The notes under the pieces: model-generated
The model's database searches: none
Seen by the model: only the letters and a program-made list of their open reading frames with translations
Told to the model about the DNA's origin: nothing
NCBI RefSeq assembly: GCF_030684315.1
Contig: NC_081387.1
Location: 6,056,497-6,120,496, forward strand
From: Stegostoma tigrinum
Lineage: Eukaryota
DNA: 64,000 nucleotides
Reading direction: 5' to 3'
Shown: in pieces, positions 1 through 13,332 of the stretch
Position numbering within the stretch: the first letter of the stretch is position 1
How the letters are laid out: every line of letters starts with the position of its first letter
Program-made: the position numbers and the translations under genes

Positions 1-423
1 AAACTCCATCAGATACAAACATAGCATGCCCAATCGATCCTCATTAGACAACCTCAACATTCCAGGTTTAATCCAGTAAACCTGCTCTGAACCGCTTCCA
101 ATGTGTTTGCATCCTTCATTAAAGCCCAATACTGGACACAGAACTGCAAGTGTGGTTACTCCTTTCCATTAATAACTAAATCAGAACTTACCTACTTCTT
201 TATTACATTTTGAGCATACACACAACTACTGTATCATGCTTTTTCAGTCATAAGCATTTCTGAAATATCATCCCACACAAATGTGATACATTCACACGCA
301 CCATAATTAGGACACACTCATGGAGCTACTGTTACACTAACACAAACGTTGTCACACTCAGATGCATTCTTGCTGTCTCACAGTAATACACCTCACACTC
401 AGACACACAAACAGGAAAGAGTT

Positions 424-890
424 AGCAAGAACTGCAGATGCTGGAGTCAGAGACAGTACAGTGTGGAGCTGGAGGAACACAGCAGACCAGGCAGCATCAG
501 AGGAACAGGACCAGAGACAGCAAGGAACTGCAGATGCTGGAGACACACAGATTTTTCAGTGCCCTTACCCCTCCCCATTTCTGAAGAAGGGTACCGACCT
601 AAAACGCCACTACAGTCTCCACAGACCCGGCCTTATCCCACCTCCTTGACCTGACACTACCCGTCCACCTTCTCTCTCACCGATCCCACTGACTAATCCG
701 CATCACTCTCTAAATGCACTCACCTATCACCATCCCAACTGCCTGCCCCAGCCCCACCCTCCACTCTATTTTCTGCCAAGCTCCGTTTCCCCTCCACATT
801 TCTGAAGAAAGTTCCTGACCTGAAACATCCACAATCCGGCTCCTCAAATGCTGCCTGGCCTGCCGTCCTCATCCAGCTCTACACTGCATC
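424..890. mobile_element. Degenerate Penelope-type terminal repeat (pLTR) remnant
   Basis: Contains the 'gaactgcagatgctggag' motif shared with the Penelope copies at 15003 and 17263, pyrimidine-rich tracts, and two decayed CTGAAGA hammerhead-like cores near 581 and 802. Confidence 0.5.
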
Positions 891-1999
891 TTCACAAACA
901 GGGAAACTCACTTTCAACAGGTTCCCTTGTCATTACATTATTTCACAGAACTGTACATGAGGTTTCTGCTTTTGCACTTGTGAGGGGATTGTTGCAGTGA
1001 CTGACACAGCAGTGGTGTCACTGGGTCTCTCAGTCAAATTCATCAGGGAAGGGCAGTGGACTGTTCCAGCATAATTTGTGTTTCGCGACACATTAACCAC
1101 CCCAAGGCAGAAGTGGATGCTGCTGTATAACCAGAGTGACTCAGACAGGGAAAGTACCAAAGGAAAAGATATCCTATTTGGAACTGAGCTTGTTGGACCA
1201 GGCCTCCATGTGCGAGTATAAGAGAGGAGTCAGACCAGTATATTCATTCATCAGCTTGCTAGGTTTTCCTTTGGGTTGTGTCGTACACATATGTACATGA
1301 ACACAGTATATGCTTCACACTCACACTCACTTCACACTCACACACACCCAAATGGGATCTCACATTGATACAGCCCCTGTTACAATGACATAACATTAAT
1401 GCCATTTAGCCATACTGTCACTGTCTCACAGGAATATAGAAGACCACCCTCACACGAATGGACATAAACAGCTAAACTCACACACACAGGTTACCTCCCA
1501 CATGAAAGTATCTCACTGACCTGTACATGAAATGTCTGTGATCCAGCTGTGGGGGAATCACTATCGGGACAGGATGGACCAGGGTTTTCACTGAGATCTC
1601 AGCTCCTGGAACAACTGCACTTGTTCGAAAACATTTACACTGGCTCAGACTCTTTTCATTTTTGGGTGCTGAAGTCAGTCTCTGATTGTTTCAGTGACTC
1701 GATATATTTTGTTGATAGGTATTTGGATTCAGAGGAAAGCTGCAATCAGCTTCACCAACTTCTGTTTTATTGTGGGCACTCGCACTTCCATTGTCAGTTC
1801 ATCATATTCTGAACTTATGTAGGAAAGGCTTCTGGTTGGCTGTGGTTTTTCAAAATATTAGCATTTGCTCCTGACAATGAAGCAGTTTCTTAGAAATCCT
1901 GGAAGTTTCAATTTTACTGACATTGACCAGGGAATTGGAAACAGCAACTGACGTACTGGGCCCTCTCATCATTCAGGATAAGGATACTTGTGGTGTCCC

Positions 2000-2430
2000 A
2001 TCTTCGAATGAGTTGTTGAATTTTCCATCTCCATTCACGATTGGATATGACAGGGCTGCAGAGCTTAGATCTGATCTAATGTTTGTGGAATTGCTCAGCA
2101 TGTTCTCTTAAATGCTGCAGCAATGCTTGCCATTTACTAGTCCCGTTTTGTAGTTTCACCAACCTCATGCTGTGCTGTGCTGTGCTACCAAAATGCTGTG
2201 GAGAATACTTTTTGGACAGATCTACAAACTCAAATCTGGGCATCCACAAAGTGCTAGAGGTCATTAGCAGCAGCAAAATTAGAATCTAATACAATCTGCA
2301 ATCTTGTGGCTGACATATCCCCCACTCTACCATGGCCATCAAGACAGAGCATCGATCCTCTTCAATGTTTGCGGAAGACATACCAGGAGCAGCACCTGAC
2401 ACACCTTAAAATTAAGTATCCACCTGGTGA
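2000..2430. mobile_element. Old LINE fragments (same family as 24190-24760)
   Basis: Minus-strand translation IRSKLCSPVISNREWRWKIQQL; 'gctgcagagcttagatctgatct' recurs near 24730. Several stops. Confidence 0.45.
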
Positions 2431-2995
2431 AGCAGATCCTGATTTGATTCTTGCCATGCACGAGGGAGAAATGTTATTATGGTAAGCAGGAATATAGTTT
2501 TGAGGTCACATTCTGATCAGCCACAATCATATTAAATGGTGGAACAGGCTCAAGGGGCCAAATGACCTTCTCCTGCTCTTTGCTTGGACAAGGCTTTTGC
2601 AGCCAACTGGAGTTCCAGACTGGCAGCTCTGCACTAACAAACATGCAATGGTCACACCCTGCTCCTGATAGTGTCAATGAGAGATGGACATCATATGCCA
2701 GTGGCAAAAAGCTCATTAACTTTATGAATAATCTCATTGAATGATCATGTCAACAGTGATGTGTACTTAAGATGTGCTCAGTTGTGATTTTAGCGAAGTG
2801 ATATGAAGTAAAAGCACAGTGAATCCTTTACTACATTCAGACAGATAGTGCCCTGCAACTGTCAAAGTTCCGATGAAATTGCATCTACTCCCCAAAATGT
2901 GCCTTCAAGGCAGGTTGCTCACCTCTCATGCTTTTTTGTTTGATTCATTTTTGCAGAAGGCCATTCAGCCCATAGCAACCCTCCAAAGAGCATCT

Positions 2996-4065
2996 AAAAC
3001 ATAGAACGTAGAACATTACAGCACAGAACAGGCCCTTCAGCCCTCGATGTTGTGCCAACCTGTCATACCGATCTCAAGCCCATCTAACCTTCACTATTCC
3101 ATGTACGTCCATACGCTTGTCCAATGACGACTTAAATGTACCTAAAGTTGGCGAATCTACTACCGTTGCAGACAAAGCGTTCCATTCCCTTCCTACTCTC
3201 TGAGTAAAGAAACTACCTCTGACATCTGTCCTATATCTTTCACCCCTCAATTTAAAGCTATGCCCCCGCGTGCTCGCCGTCACCATCCTAGGAAAAAGGA
3301 TCTCCCTATCCACCCCTCTGATTATCTTATATGTTTCTATTAAGTCACCTCTCAACCTTCTTCTCTCTAATGAAAACAGCCTCAAGTCCCTCAGCCTTTC
3401 CTTGTAAGACCTTCCCTCCATACCAGGCAACATCCTAGTAAATCTCCTCTGCACCCTTTCCAAAGCTTCCACATCCTTCTTATAATGCAGTGACCAGAAC
3501 TGTACGCAATACTCCAAGCTTCACCATAACCTCTTGGTTCCGGAACTCGATCCCTCTGTTAATAAAAGCTAAAACACTGTACGCCTTCTTAACAGCCCTG
3601 TCAACCTGGGGGGCAACTTTCAACGATCTGTGTACATGGACACCGAGATCTCTCTGCTCATCTGCAATACTAAGAATCTTACCATTAGCCCTGTACTTTG
3701 CCTTCCGGTTACTCCTACCAAAGTGCATCACCTAACATTTGTCTGCATTAAACTCCATTTGCCACCTCTCAGCCCAGCTCTGCAGCTTATCTATGTCTCT
3801 CTGCAACCTACAGCATCCTTCGTCATTATCCACAACTCCACCGACCTTAGTGTCATCTGCAAATTTACTAACCCATCTTTCTACGCCCTCATCCAGATCA
3901 TTTATAAAAATGACAAACAGCAGTGGACCCAACACTGACCTTTGCGGTACACCACTCGTAACTGGTCTCCAGGATGAACATTTCCCATCAACTACCACCC
4001 TCTGTCTTCTTTCAGCAAGCCAATTTCTGATCCAAACTGCTATATCTCCCACAATTCCATTCCTC
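2996..4065 (-). mobile_element. CR1 LINE, 5'-truncated (RT C-terminus and 3' tail)
   Basis: Minus ORFs give [27 protein letters not shown] and ERRRLRGDLIETYK. Short tandem tail (atagaac)n at about 2996-3016. Confidence 0.93.
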
Positions 4066-4069
4066 CAGG

Positions 4070-4320
4070 ATCCAGGCCCAGCCCATCCCTCTAACCCTGC
4101 ATTCCTGTGGCTAATCCACTCACCCTGCACATCGCAGGAAATTATCAGCAATTTAGCATGGCCAATTCAGGTAACCTGCATGTCTTTGGACAGTGGGAAG
4201 AAACCAGAGGCACCCTTAGGAAACCCACACAGACATGGAGAGAACATGCAAACTCTACACAGAGATGGAGTTGAACCCAAGTCACCGGTGCTGTGAGGCG
4301 GCAATTCTAACCACCGAGCT
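4070..4320 (-). mobile_element. tRNA-derived HE1-like SINE fragment
   Basis: 'gcaatttagcatggccaat...acagacatggagagaacatgcaaact' matches the fuller copies at 9740 and 43476. Confidence 0.75.
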
Positions 4321-4324
4321 TGCA

Positions 4325-5760
4325 TTCTATACATGCAGATCATATCATAGAAAACGCAGCAAGGTAGCATATCAGAGTGCAGAGAGTTACAGTAGTACAG
4401 CAGGTGCAGAGAGAGAGAGAGAGATCAGAATTAACATTTGAGAGATCTATTCAAAAGTCTGATAACAGTGGGGAAGAAGCTGCTCTTGAATCTATTTGTA
4501 CTTGGATTCAAACTTTTATATCTTCTGTCCAATGCAAGAGGGTGGAAGAGACTATAACTGGGGTGAGAGAGGCTTTGCTTAAGTTGGTTGCTTTCCTGAG
4601 GTAGCGGCAAGTTTAGATGGAGCCAATGGATGCAAGGCTGGTTTCTGTGATGGACTGGGCAGTGTTCCCAACTCACTGCAGTTTCTTGTGGTCTTGGGAA
4701 GAGCAGTTGCTCTAAAACCCTGTGATGCATCCAGATACAATGCTTTCTGTGGTGAATCTGTAGAGATTGTTAAGAGTCCTCATGGACGTGCCACATTTTC
4801 TCAACCCTGAGAAGAAGTAGAGATGTTATTGTACTTTCTCGACAACTGCATCGATAGGGGTGGACCAGGATGGATTTTTGGTGATGATCACTCCCAGAAA
4901 CATGACGCTCTCGACCATCTCTACCTCAGCACCATTGATGCTGAGAGGGGGTGTGCCCTCCACTCTGCTTCCTGGAGTTAATGACCAGCTCCTTCATTTT
5001 GCTGAGGTTGATGAAGACTTTATTGTCTTTATATCTTACACCAATGTTAAGGAGTAAGGTGGAGGAGGTGTTGTTGCCTGATGGCATATGGGTCAGGAAG
5101 TTGAGTATCCTGATGCAGAGGGGGAATCTAAGACCTAGGTGACAGAGTTTAGAGATGGGTTTTTCTGGACTTATCAGGTTGAAGGCGGAACTGTCGTAAA
5201 TAAATAAGAGCCTGACATAGATTTCATTGTTTTCCAGAAGATCCAGGGGTGAGTGTATGGCCAGGGAGATGGTATCTGCTGTGGACCTGTTGTGCTGGTA
5301 GGCAAATTGAAAATGTTCCAGGCAGTTTGGGAGGTTGGAATTGTTGAAAGCTATGACAAGCTCTCAAAGCACGTCTAAATTATAGAACGCAGAGGCACCA
5401 TGTGCTAGTCATTGAGGCACACTGCATGATTTTTCTTTAGCAACGGGATGATGTCGGTCTTCTTAAAACATGGGGGCTTCAGATCATAGTAAAGACAAGT
5501 TAAAGGTGCTTGAAAATGCTCCTGCCAGCTGGACCGCTAAGGATCTGAGTGGAGGGCCAGGGATGCAGTCTGGACCAACTGCTTTCCATGGATTCACTCT
5601 CACAAAGGACAATGGAATGTCTGTGGCAGTGACCATGGGTACAGATGTATCCGAGGCTGTGGAGATAGATGACATATTTACACTGACCTCTTGTTCAAAG
5701 CCAGCAATGTCCTGTTGCCTGTGAATCTGTTCAGCTTTGCCTTGTAGCCCATTATGTCAT
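4325..5760 (-). mobile_element. Rex1/Babar-like LINE remnant
   Basis: Minus translations VNPWKAVGPDCIPG...LAVQLAGAFSSTFNLSL (RT N-terminal motif) and TNRFKSSFFPTVIRLLN (typical Rex1 C-terminus). Frameshifted. Confidence 0.7.
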
Positions 5761-6044
5761 GTAAACATTGTCACAAATGATGGGTGTCTGTGTAGTTTGT
5801 CTGTATCTCAAGCTTAGTCTGGTATTGCCTCTTGGCATCTCTGACTGTGTTAGAAATGTCATTTCTGGATTTCCTATATGGGTCAGAATTGCCAAACCTG
5901 TATGCCTTGGACCTGGACTTCAGTCGGGATTGCAAATGCTCCTGCCAGCTGGACCGCTAAGGATCTGAGTGGAGGGCCAGGGACGCAGTCTGGACCAATT
6001 GCTTTCCATGGATTCACTCTCACAAAGGACGATGGAATGTCTGT
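5514..6044 (+). repeat. 111-bp direct repeat (5514-5624 and 5934-6044)
   Basis: Two copies 420 bp apart with 3 mismatches by eye. Confidence 0.9.
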
Positions 6045-6149
6045 TTGAACTGACTTCAGGCCAATCAAGAAATAAAACAATGGATTCCAATAGAAGAAAA
6101 ACAAATTCGAATTTAGAAATAGAGCTCTCCTTAAATTAGACACTTCTTC

Positions 6150-7500
6150 AAAATGAAACATTAAAATCTCACCCTCTCAGCGTCTGAGGGATACTGCCAC
6201 AAGGCGGGGAGTGGGGGGAGGCAGAGAAAGACATCCACCCTGCAACAACTGCCACCCTCATGTCTCCTGCGTCTCACCCCCATGCCCATTCCCTGCCCCC
6301 TCTTGTACCAGAGGCATGCCCAGCAGCTGAGCACTTGTCGGTAGAGAGTTACAGACCAGGCACTGCATCCATGAAAGGTCCAGTTGCTGTCTCCCTGTTT
6401 CTGTACTTGGACCTTTCAGCAGATCTTCTATTGGGCTTCTTTGTATTACTCCCAGAGCAGCTGTCTGAGCTCTTGTATTTGTACTGGCCTCTGGTTACGG
6501 GAGCTTTGCAGCATCCTCCATGTGACAGAAGGATTGAGATGGCTACTGCATCAGGAATGCTTTTCCTCCAAAGGCCCAGCTGTTGCGAAGTCTTTGTCTG
6601 AATCGCCCTCATCTCCTGTCCGCTCACATGCAGAGTCAAGGTGATTGTCACATTGAGCCACCAGTCCATTCCACAGATCAGTAGTGAACACATCTTCCAG
6701 CAGAGTCTCAACATGGGCCAGATGTGGCAGTGACAGTGAAGACCATGGAGCAAGTCCTTCAACTGCTGGAGGTCCCTCAGACCCCATAGACCAGCTTGGC
6801 TCATCACACACGCCCCCAGTAACCCCACACCATTTTCTTCATGGCTGCCGTAATGCCTCCCTCGGATCGATCGGCACAGAGACGGAGAGCTGGTCACCTG
6901 ATTATTATCCCAGACCCAAGTCACTCCCCACGTTAACACCTTGAAGATGCAACACGGGGACAGGAGTAACAGCGCCACTTCACCTGCCCTCCCACCCCAG
7001 GTGCTCAAGCTCCTGTTCATCTGGATGTCACTCCCCTTCCCCCTCCAGCTCAGTTATCGTCTCTCGGCCCTCTATGACCTGGGGCTCAGTGACTTCTCCA
7101 GGGCCCCTTTCAATCCCCTCGGCTGCTGACACTAACTCCCCACCCTCAACCCGTGTATCTAGAGACAACAACATTTGTCAGAAGAAAACACTGATAATAA
7201 TGATTCTTCCTCATCGGTCACATCCCAGAAACCCATGCGCTCAACCCTGGTTGAAACATTCAGCTGGTGGCCCTGCCTTTCCTCACTCCAATAGCTGCTT
7301 GGTCACCAGTCAGTGACATTGTTCTGATTCCCAGCAAGTGCCAGGCCCTCTTCCCACACTCATTCAGATCCTTCAGGAAGGACACTCCACCTGCAGGGAA
7401 TGAACACTCCTCGGCTTATCGCCCATCAAACTCTGAATACACATTAAATAAACATCACTTTGTACTTCCTGGTTGGTTTGGGGAAAGGTGTTGGGGAGTT
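6150..7500. repeat. Block paralogous to 52245-53030, possibly Harbinger-derived
   Basis: Shared start 'caaaatgaaaca.taaaa..cacc', shared 'ttgggcttctttgtattact' and shared end 'ttaaataaacatcactttgt.cttcct'. Same orientation in both copies. Confidence 0.65.
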
Positions 7501-8364
7501 GAATGGTCTTAACTCCCCCAGTTCACATTGAATTGAAGCTCCACAAAAGTTGTTTTCAAAAGTCACAAGCTACTAAGTGAATGATTTAAATCTTTCTTGT
7601 GAAATCATTGAAGAAGAATTTGGAAAATCTGTAAAAATTATTTATTCATTATAAATGAAAATTATGAGCATTTACAATTAAACATTGATAATAAATTGTT
7701 AAAGATATTTGTCTCTTTATCACAGTTATAAAAATCATACCTATATAAAAATAAGAGTTCAGATTTGTTGCACAAAGTACAAAATCAATCAGTTTCCTAC
7801 AATAAAAAAATTGCTTCTGAGTTGTCTCAGGACATTGCTTCATTTCAGCTAAATCATGGAGCCACTGAATACAGTGAAGATGAAAAAGTGTGAGGCAGAA
7901 GCCATCTGTGCAGATCCCTCTGACGGTGACTCTGCTTGCATTTCTGAGGCAGGTAGGAAGCGTGACTTGAGAAGATCACACGTGAACAATTAGGTTCCAT
8001 ACTGGCAGGTCTGGGAAACACTGTTCAATCTACGGAAATACATTCCCAGGAAAAATAGGTCTCAATCCTGAAAGAACTGAGTATGAACAATGAGCTGTAA
8101 TTCTGTGTGTCTGCTGTGATATTTAAGGATGGACGGTGATGTCAGTGTTCACACTAGAACAGGAGAATCCCGGTATTCCTCTATAAGGCTCTAAGAAACC
8201 CACAAGGTTAGGAATAGACTGAAACAAGACAATCATTTCAGGGTAGGGAGCGGAGTGAAATTAGTCTGACAAGTTTTAACAGTGTCTGGGAGGGCGAGAC
8301 AGGGTCAGGAGGGGAGTGAAAATGCCACAAAAAGTCTGCAGACAGAAGTTGACTTGTCACTTAC

Positions 8365-9389
8365 TGGATCATGAAGAAGCTGGAACAGACACAACAGAAG
8401 CTGAGAAAATAAAACCAGAATGTGAGAAGTGGAATAAAATATAAAATTAGACAGTATGAGATATTTTCCATTACTCACTGGTCTCAGGAATCAATTACCC
8501 TCAGCATTAACTAACCAGACTCACACAGCACAGAGCAGGGGGAGTCAAAGTGTGAAGGAGATGAGGGAAAGGAATGGGGGATGAGGGAGTGGAGAGTGAG
8601 GTTTGGAAGGAGAGATACTGGGAGAGTGGAGTTCGGGACGTGGAGAATAAAATAGTGGTGACTGAGGCACTGTATTACAAGAAAACTGATGTGCGTCACT
8701 CTGAGTCACACGCAGGAGAATGTAGCTCTACAGCTTCCAATCGTTTCTCCATCATTCCAAATGTTCTGTCCTTCAGGCAGAATCTGCAGAAACAAAATAA
8801 ATGTTCATTAGAATGACGAATAATCCATTCTTGAAGAGTGAAAACACAACAAGAGTTGCGTGCTGAGGGGCTAACCAAAGTAATGTCATCCAAAACTGTA
8901 TAAATTAATTACAGTAGAGAGATCTTAACAATTTATCAAGGTGATGGTGTCAAAACAGGACAGTAAGGAAGATTTTACCGAGATTGCGCACGAAATCCTC
9001 ATTCCCACACTCCCCTTCATTCTTCCACTTCATGGAGATTTTGGTGATCTCTCCCATTCCATTGATAGGCAGTCAGTGAGGATGTCAGTGTATGCGATGA
9101 CCTGGTCTGAGCCGATCACACAGAGGAAGATATGACAGGAAACGATACATGTTTATATGTGTGTATCTGTGTGTGGGGATTCAATCAGTTCCACTAAACA
9201 CAATGCTCTACACTCTCAGGACTGGAGTTTCTCCCACAGTCACTTTGTCCCTCAGTTCGTCATTCCCCTTTCTCCATGGCCTTTTCCTGATGATTATTCA
9301 GATTATCCCAACAGTAACAGCCAATGGAATGATCATGAATGCAATGACACTTCAAAGATGAAAGCGTCTCCAAATACTTCCTGGAATTT
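8365..9389 (-). pseudogene. MHC class I-like gene C, 3' remnant (TM and cytoplasmic exons)
   Basis: TM exon 9389-9270 reads EIPGSIWRRFHL*SVIAFMIIPLAVTVGII*IIIRKRPWR, with two GGA>TGA stops and both splice sites lost. The exon-6 acceptor at 8783 is kept but the exon body is replaced. The 15-nt stop exon 8379-8365 (ASS*) has AG/GT. Intron homology with gene A extends to about 10320. Confidence 0.85.
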
Positions 9390-9739
9390 ACGGAAGACAT
9401 TGAAAATATGCTCGGGCTGCCTCTGTCCCAGGATCCATTCCCAGTTCTGTGTTGATTGGGAACAATTTCAACAGATCTTGCCAGTTGAGAATTAATGGCA
9501 TTGGTTGAAATGCTGGCTTGACCTTCGCTCGAATTCCCTCTCCAGTGAAGTCACTAAAGATCCCAACGATGAGGGTTTAAACACTGTATGGTCCCAATCC
9601 CGAGAGTTATCTTTCTGGACAGTTCAGCTCCTATCCTCCCTGATGTCTCAGTGTCCTGTCCTGTGCTGGTGGTGGTGATAGGGTAGGTGGGTCCAAGTTG
9701 AGCGGGGGGAAGCTAATTAGATGTTGGAAGGGTGGAGTC

Positions 9740-10065
9740 ATAGAATCCCTCCAGTGCAAAAGCAGACCATTCGGCCTGTCGAGCCCACATCGATCCTCCA
9801 AACAGCATCCCAACGCAGACCCACTCTCTTATCCTATCCCTGTAATTCCCATGGCTAACCCACATCCCTGGACACTGTGTGCAATTTAGCATGGCCAATC
9901 CACACGTACAACTTTGGACTGTGGGAGAAAACCTGGAACGTCTGGAGGAAACCCACAGAAACATGGGGACAATGTGCAAACTCCACAAACTCCACCTGAG
10001 GTTGAAATCGAAACTAGGTTCCTGGGGCTGTGAGGCAGCAGTGCTAACCACTGAGCCACCGTGAC
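9740..10065 (-). mobile_element. HE1-like SINE
   Basis: Minus strand starts cacggtggctcagtggttagcactgctgcctcacagc (A box) and ends in a CR1-like tail. Confidence 0.85.
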
Positions 10066-11080
10066 CCCTCAGAAAGGCAGAGTTTATGTGGCTGGGCAAG
10101 ACTCACTTCAAATTTGCAGGTGGGTGTTAGGGATGTTGAGAGTCCAACGGCATGGTGTTTGGGTGCCATGTTGGGGTAATGGGGTCCAACGGTGGGAGTT
10201 GTGTGTTGTTCTCAGACGCCTGCCCATGTCGATGTGTTAAGAGTCAGACAGACGTCTGGAGGTGGTGAACTGGTGCTGGTACTGGGGAGAGATCAAGCGT
10301 TGGTTGTCTCATGGAGGTGATACTGAGATGGCAATTCCTCCGGCTGGAGGCCACGGTCTGAGACGCTGCACCTCGCCAGTAACCAAATCAGCCGCAGCAT
10401 ATAAAAGATGGGGAATTTTATCCCTTTCATGCTGTGCTTCACGGGTGAGATTCGAGGTTGTGTCCTATGTTCAACTACAAGGTAAGCCACTAACGGTGAT
10501 GTTAACAGGAGGTGGGGGGGGGGGGGGGCGCACTTTGAAGTAATGACTGAGAAAAGAGAAGGAACTCAAGGAAGTGAAGTGAGGTCTCCAGAGACAGTTC
10601 AGGGAAAAGAGGACTCAGTTTAAAAGCTTTACTTCTGCAATAGGAAATGAATCCCTCCTCGGTGAAGTTATGTAAGAAGTTACCTCCATAAAGGTGAGAG
10701 AGAGAAGGTCCTCCCTGGGAGGTAAAGGCCAGTTTGCCCCTGCAAGAGGGTCACAGCCCCCTCGGTGAGGTGATGCAAGGCCCAGGGACTGTTAGGGTTC
10801 AAAATTTCCAAAAATCTGATTGGATATGAATTTAATTTTACTTTGCGAAATGGTCACAGTGGGGAACAACGTCTCCAACGAGATGTTAACACAAAAGGAG
10901 AAACCACTGGCATATATGTATATTCATTATGGGCCCGATTCAGTCAGGTATTGCGACAAATGGGTCAATTAGATGCAGGAAACAGAAAAGCAGTTTCCCC
11001 CCGACGGCACTTTTAATTGTGATCACAAAACAATTCGGTGTGATTTTAAGTCGAAGAGAAAAATACAAAAGAAGAAAGAA

Positions 11081-11781
11081 ATTGGGGAAACCAAGCGGAG
11101 GCTTGGGGACCGCTTTGCAGAACACCTCCGCTCAGTTCGCAACAAACAACTGCACCTCCCAGTCGCAAACCATTTCCACTCCCCCTCCCATTCTCTTGAT
11201 GACATGTCCATCATGGGCCTCCTGCACTGCCACAATGATGCCACCCGAAGGTTGCAGGAACAGCAACTCATATTCCGCCTGGGAACCCTGCAGCCATATG
11301 GTATCAATGTGGACTTCACCAGTTTCAAAATCTCCCCTTCCCCCACTGCATCCCTCAACCAGCCCAGTTCATCCCCTCCCCCCACTGCACCACACAACCA
11401 GCCCAGCTCTTCCCCCCCACCCACTGCATCCCAAAACCAGTCCAACCTGTCTCTGCCTCCCTAACCGGTTCTTCCTCTCACCCATCCCTTCCTCCCACCC
11501 CAAGCCGCACCCCCAGCTACCTACTAACCTCATCCCACCTCCTTGACCTGTCCGTCTTCCCTGGACTGACCTATCCCCTCCCTACCTCCCCACCTACACC
11601 CTCTCCACCTATCTTCTTTACTCTCCATCTTCGGTCCGCCTCCCCCTCTCTCCCCATTTATTCCAGTTCCCTCCCCCCATCCCCCTCTCTGATGAAGGGT
11701 CTAGGCCCGAAACGTCAGCTTTTGTGCTCCTGAGATGCTGCTTGGCCTGCTGTGTTCATCCAGCCTCACATTTTATTATCA
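11081..11781 (+). mobile_element. Penelope-like element 3' part (GIY-YIG endonuclease C-terminus and pLTR)
   Basis: IGETKRRLGDRFAEHL...VANHF...EQQLIFRLGTLQPYGINVDF, followed by a C-rich UTR and a hammerhead core. Confidence 0.92.
11685..11720 (+). ncRNA. Minimal type I hammerhead ribozyme motif
   Basis: CTGATGA-a-gggtctaggccc-GAAA-c-GTC: both conserved core boxes, stem II, a palindromic ACGT in place of stem III, and a GUC cleavage triplet. Confidence 0.7.
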
Positions 11782-12319
11782 AGAAATTGGGTGGTCAGCT
11801 TTTCAAAGTTGGCAGACAGAATCTAATAAAAGGAGGGAAGAGTCAATTCAGAAAATAAACAAATTGAGGAAAGGAAGAAAAAGAGCGTAAATAATAATGG
11901 ACTGGGTCAAAGAAGAACTGTGGTAAACTGATGATTTCTACTAAGTCTGAACTGAGGCCTGACAGTGACGGCGAAGTTCAGGCCCATGGCTGGGATGGTT
12001 GTACTAGGCATGACAATCGAAGACAACAAGACAGACAAGCCCATGATCCATCTGCCCCTGTCGCAGATTCAAGTACTCATTCCTAACCCTCCTCCACCAT
12101 GTTACCATCTCCAAACTATGGCAATCCCTGTACCAAGTAATCAACCCACTTCTACCACCAGTTCCAGGGGGCAACACCAATCCCCGTTATATTGGTAGTG
12201 AAAATTTTTCTAGTTCCTATTTCAAAACTTACCCGTTCCCGAACTGGAAGCGCGGGTGCACCGAAGTATTGGTCACAGGCAATTGGACATCATTTACCAG
12301 CAGGGATTTCAAGTATTTC

Positions 12320-13332
12320 CTAGATTTGAATGACATTCGGCACTTTGGGGCAATTCCATACCATCCATTGTCCAATGATCTGAGCAATCCAAACCCTGAA
12401 GGCAGGCTTAAAGAAACAGCCGACAGCTTCTGTCGATACTAAATTATCCCGGTTCCTGTTCAACTTTAGGACCACCCCTCATACAACGTACAGGGATAGA
12501 TTGAGCAGAGTTGCTGATGAGGAGATGACTCTGCACCAGGTTAAACCTGAAATTCCTGGACCTGGAGGGGGAGGGAGGGTAATACAGCAGCAGGAGAACC
12601 AATGCAGCCACATGTCTCCTCAACGTGAGACAGACTCTTTCATTCAGGGGAGGAAGTTTGGTGGTGCAACCATGGAAATGGCCTGGCATGGATACAGGAT
12701 GAGATCTACATGAGGTCAGGTCCCATGACACACAAAGTTTGTGTAGATGAGGCAGTTCTGAACAAACACGTGGATTACCTGAAAGCTGTCACATGTAGAT
12801 GAGGCAGGCGCAATGCATACCCAGCCCCTCAGAAAGGCCGGTCAGAAACTGTGGGTTCTCCCCCTCCATCTTGAGTCAGGGAAATCTCAGAGTCCAAGAA
12901 TGGATGTAGCCTCAATCCCACTGCTGCTGGAACGAGAAGAGGATGCTCTCCTGAGATGCTCAGGCGCAAGAGATGGGCTACAATCCAGCACACACTGCCC
13001 CTGTCAGAGTCCAAGACGGGGAACTGGATCTGGGGGGATGACGTTGCAGGAGAAGCTACAAGAGAAAGACAAGGTGTACATCCCCGGACTTAGAAGGGAC
13101 GGGATGTAGTGAAGCAGGGTAGGTGGAGCTCATTGATCATGAGATCCTTGATTGGCCCAGATTAAAAACACCAATCGGGGAGCCCTGGCTGATGGATGTA
13201 CACAGGAGATTCATAAGGTCTCCTCAGTCTAGTGGCTGGCTTTGGTTGGTCAGAGCCCACGTACACTGCACATGTAAATAAGGGATGGCTTTGTGACAGG
13301 ATACTCGGTGACACTTCTGTGCAGTTATTTCA
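12320..13332 (+). mobile_element. Gypsy remnant: integrase core, PPT and 3' LTR
   Basis: Decayed PYHPxSN and TLKAGLKKQ...LSRFLFNFRTTPH motifs. Purine tract agaagggacggga precedes a TG...CA segment at 13105-13332. Confidence 0.7.

Noticed and set aside
1549-1900. Possible decayed exon with faint resemblance to 49200-49440
   Set aside because: The similarity is too weak to support by eye, and the minus-strand frames I read contain stops.
6349-7020. 223-aa ORF as a host gene
   Set aside because: No recognisable domain, and the frame is not preserved in the paralogous block at 52245-53030.
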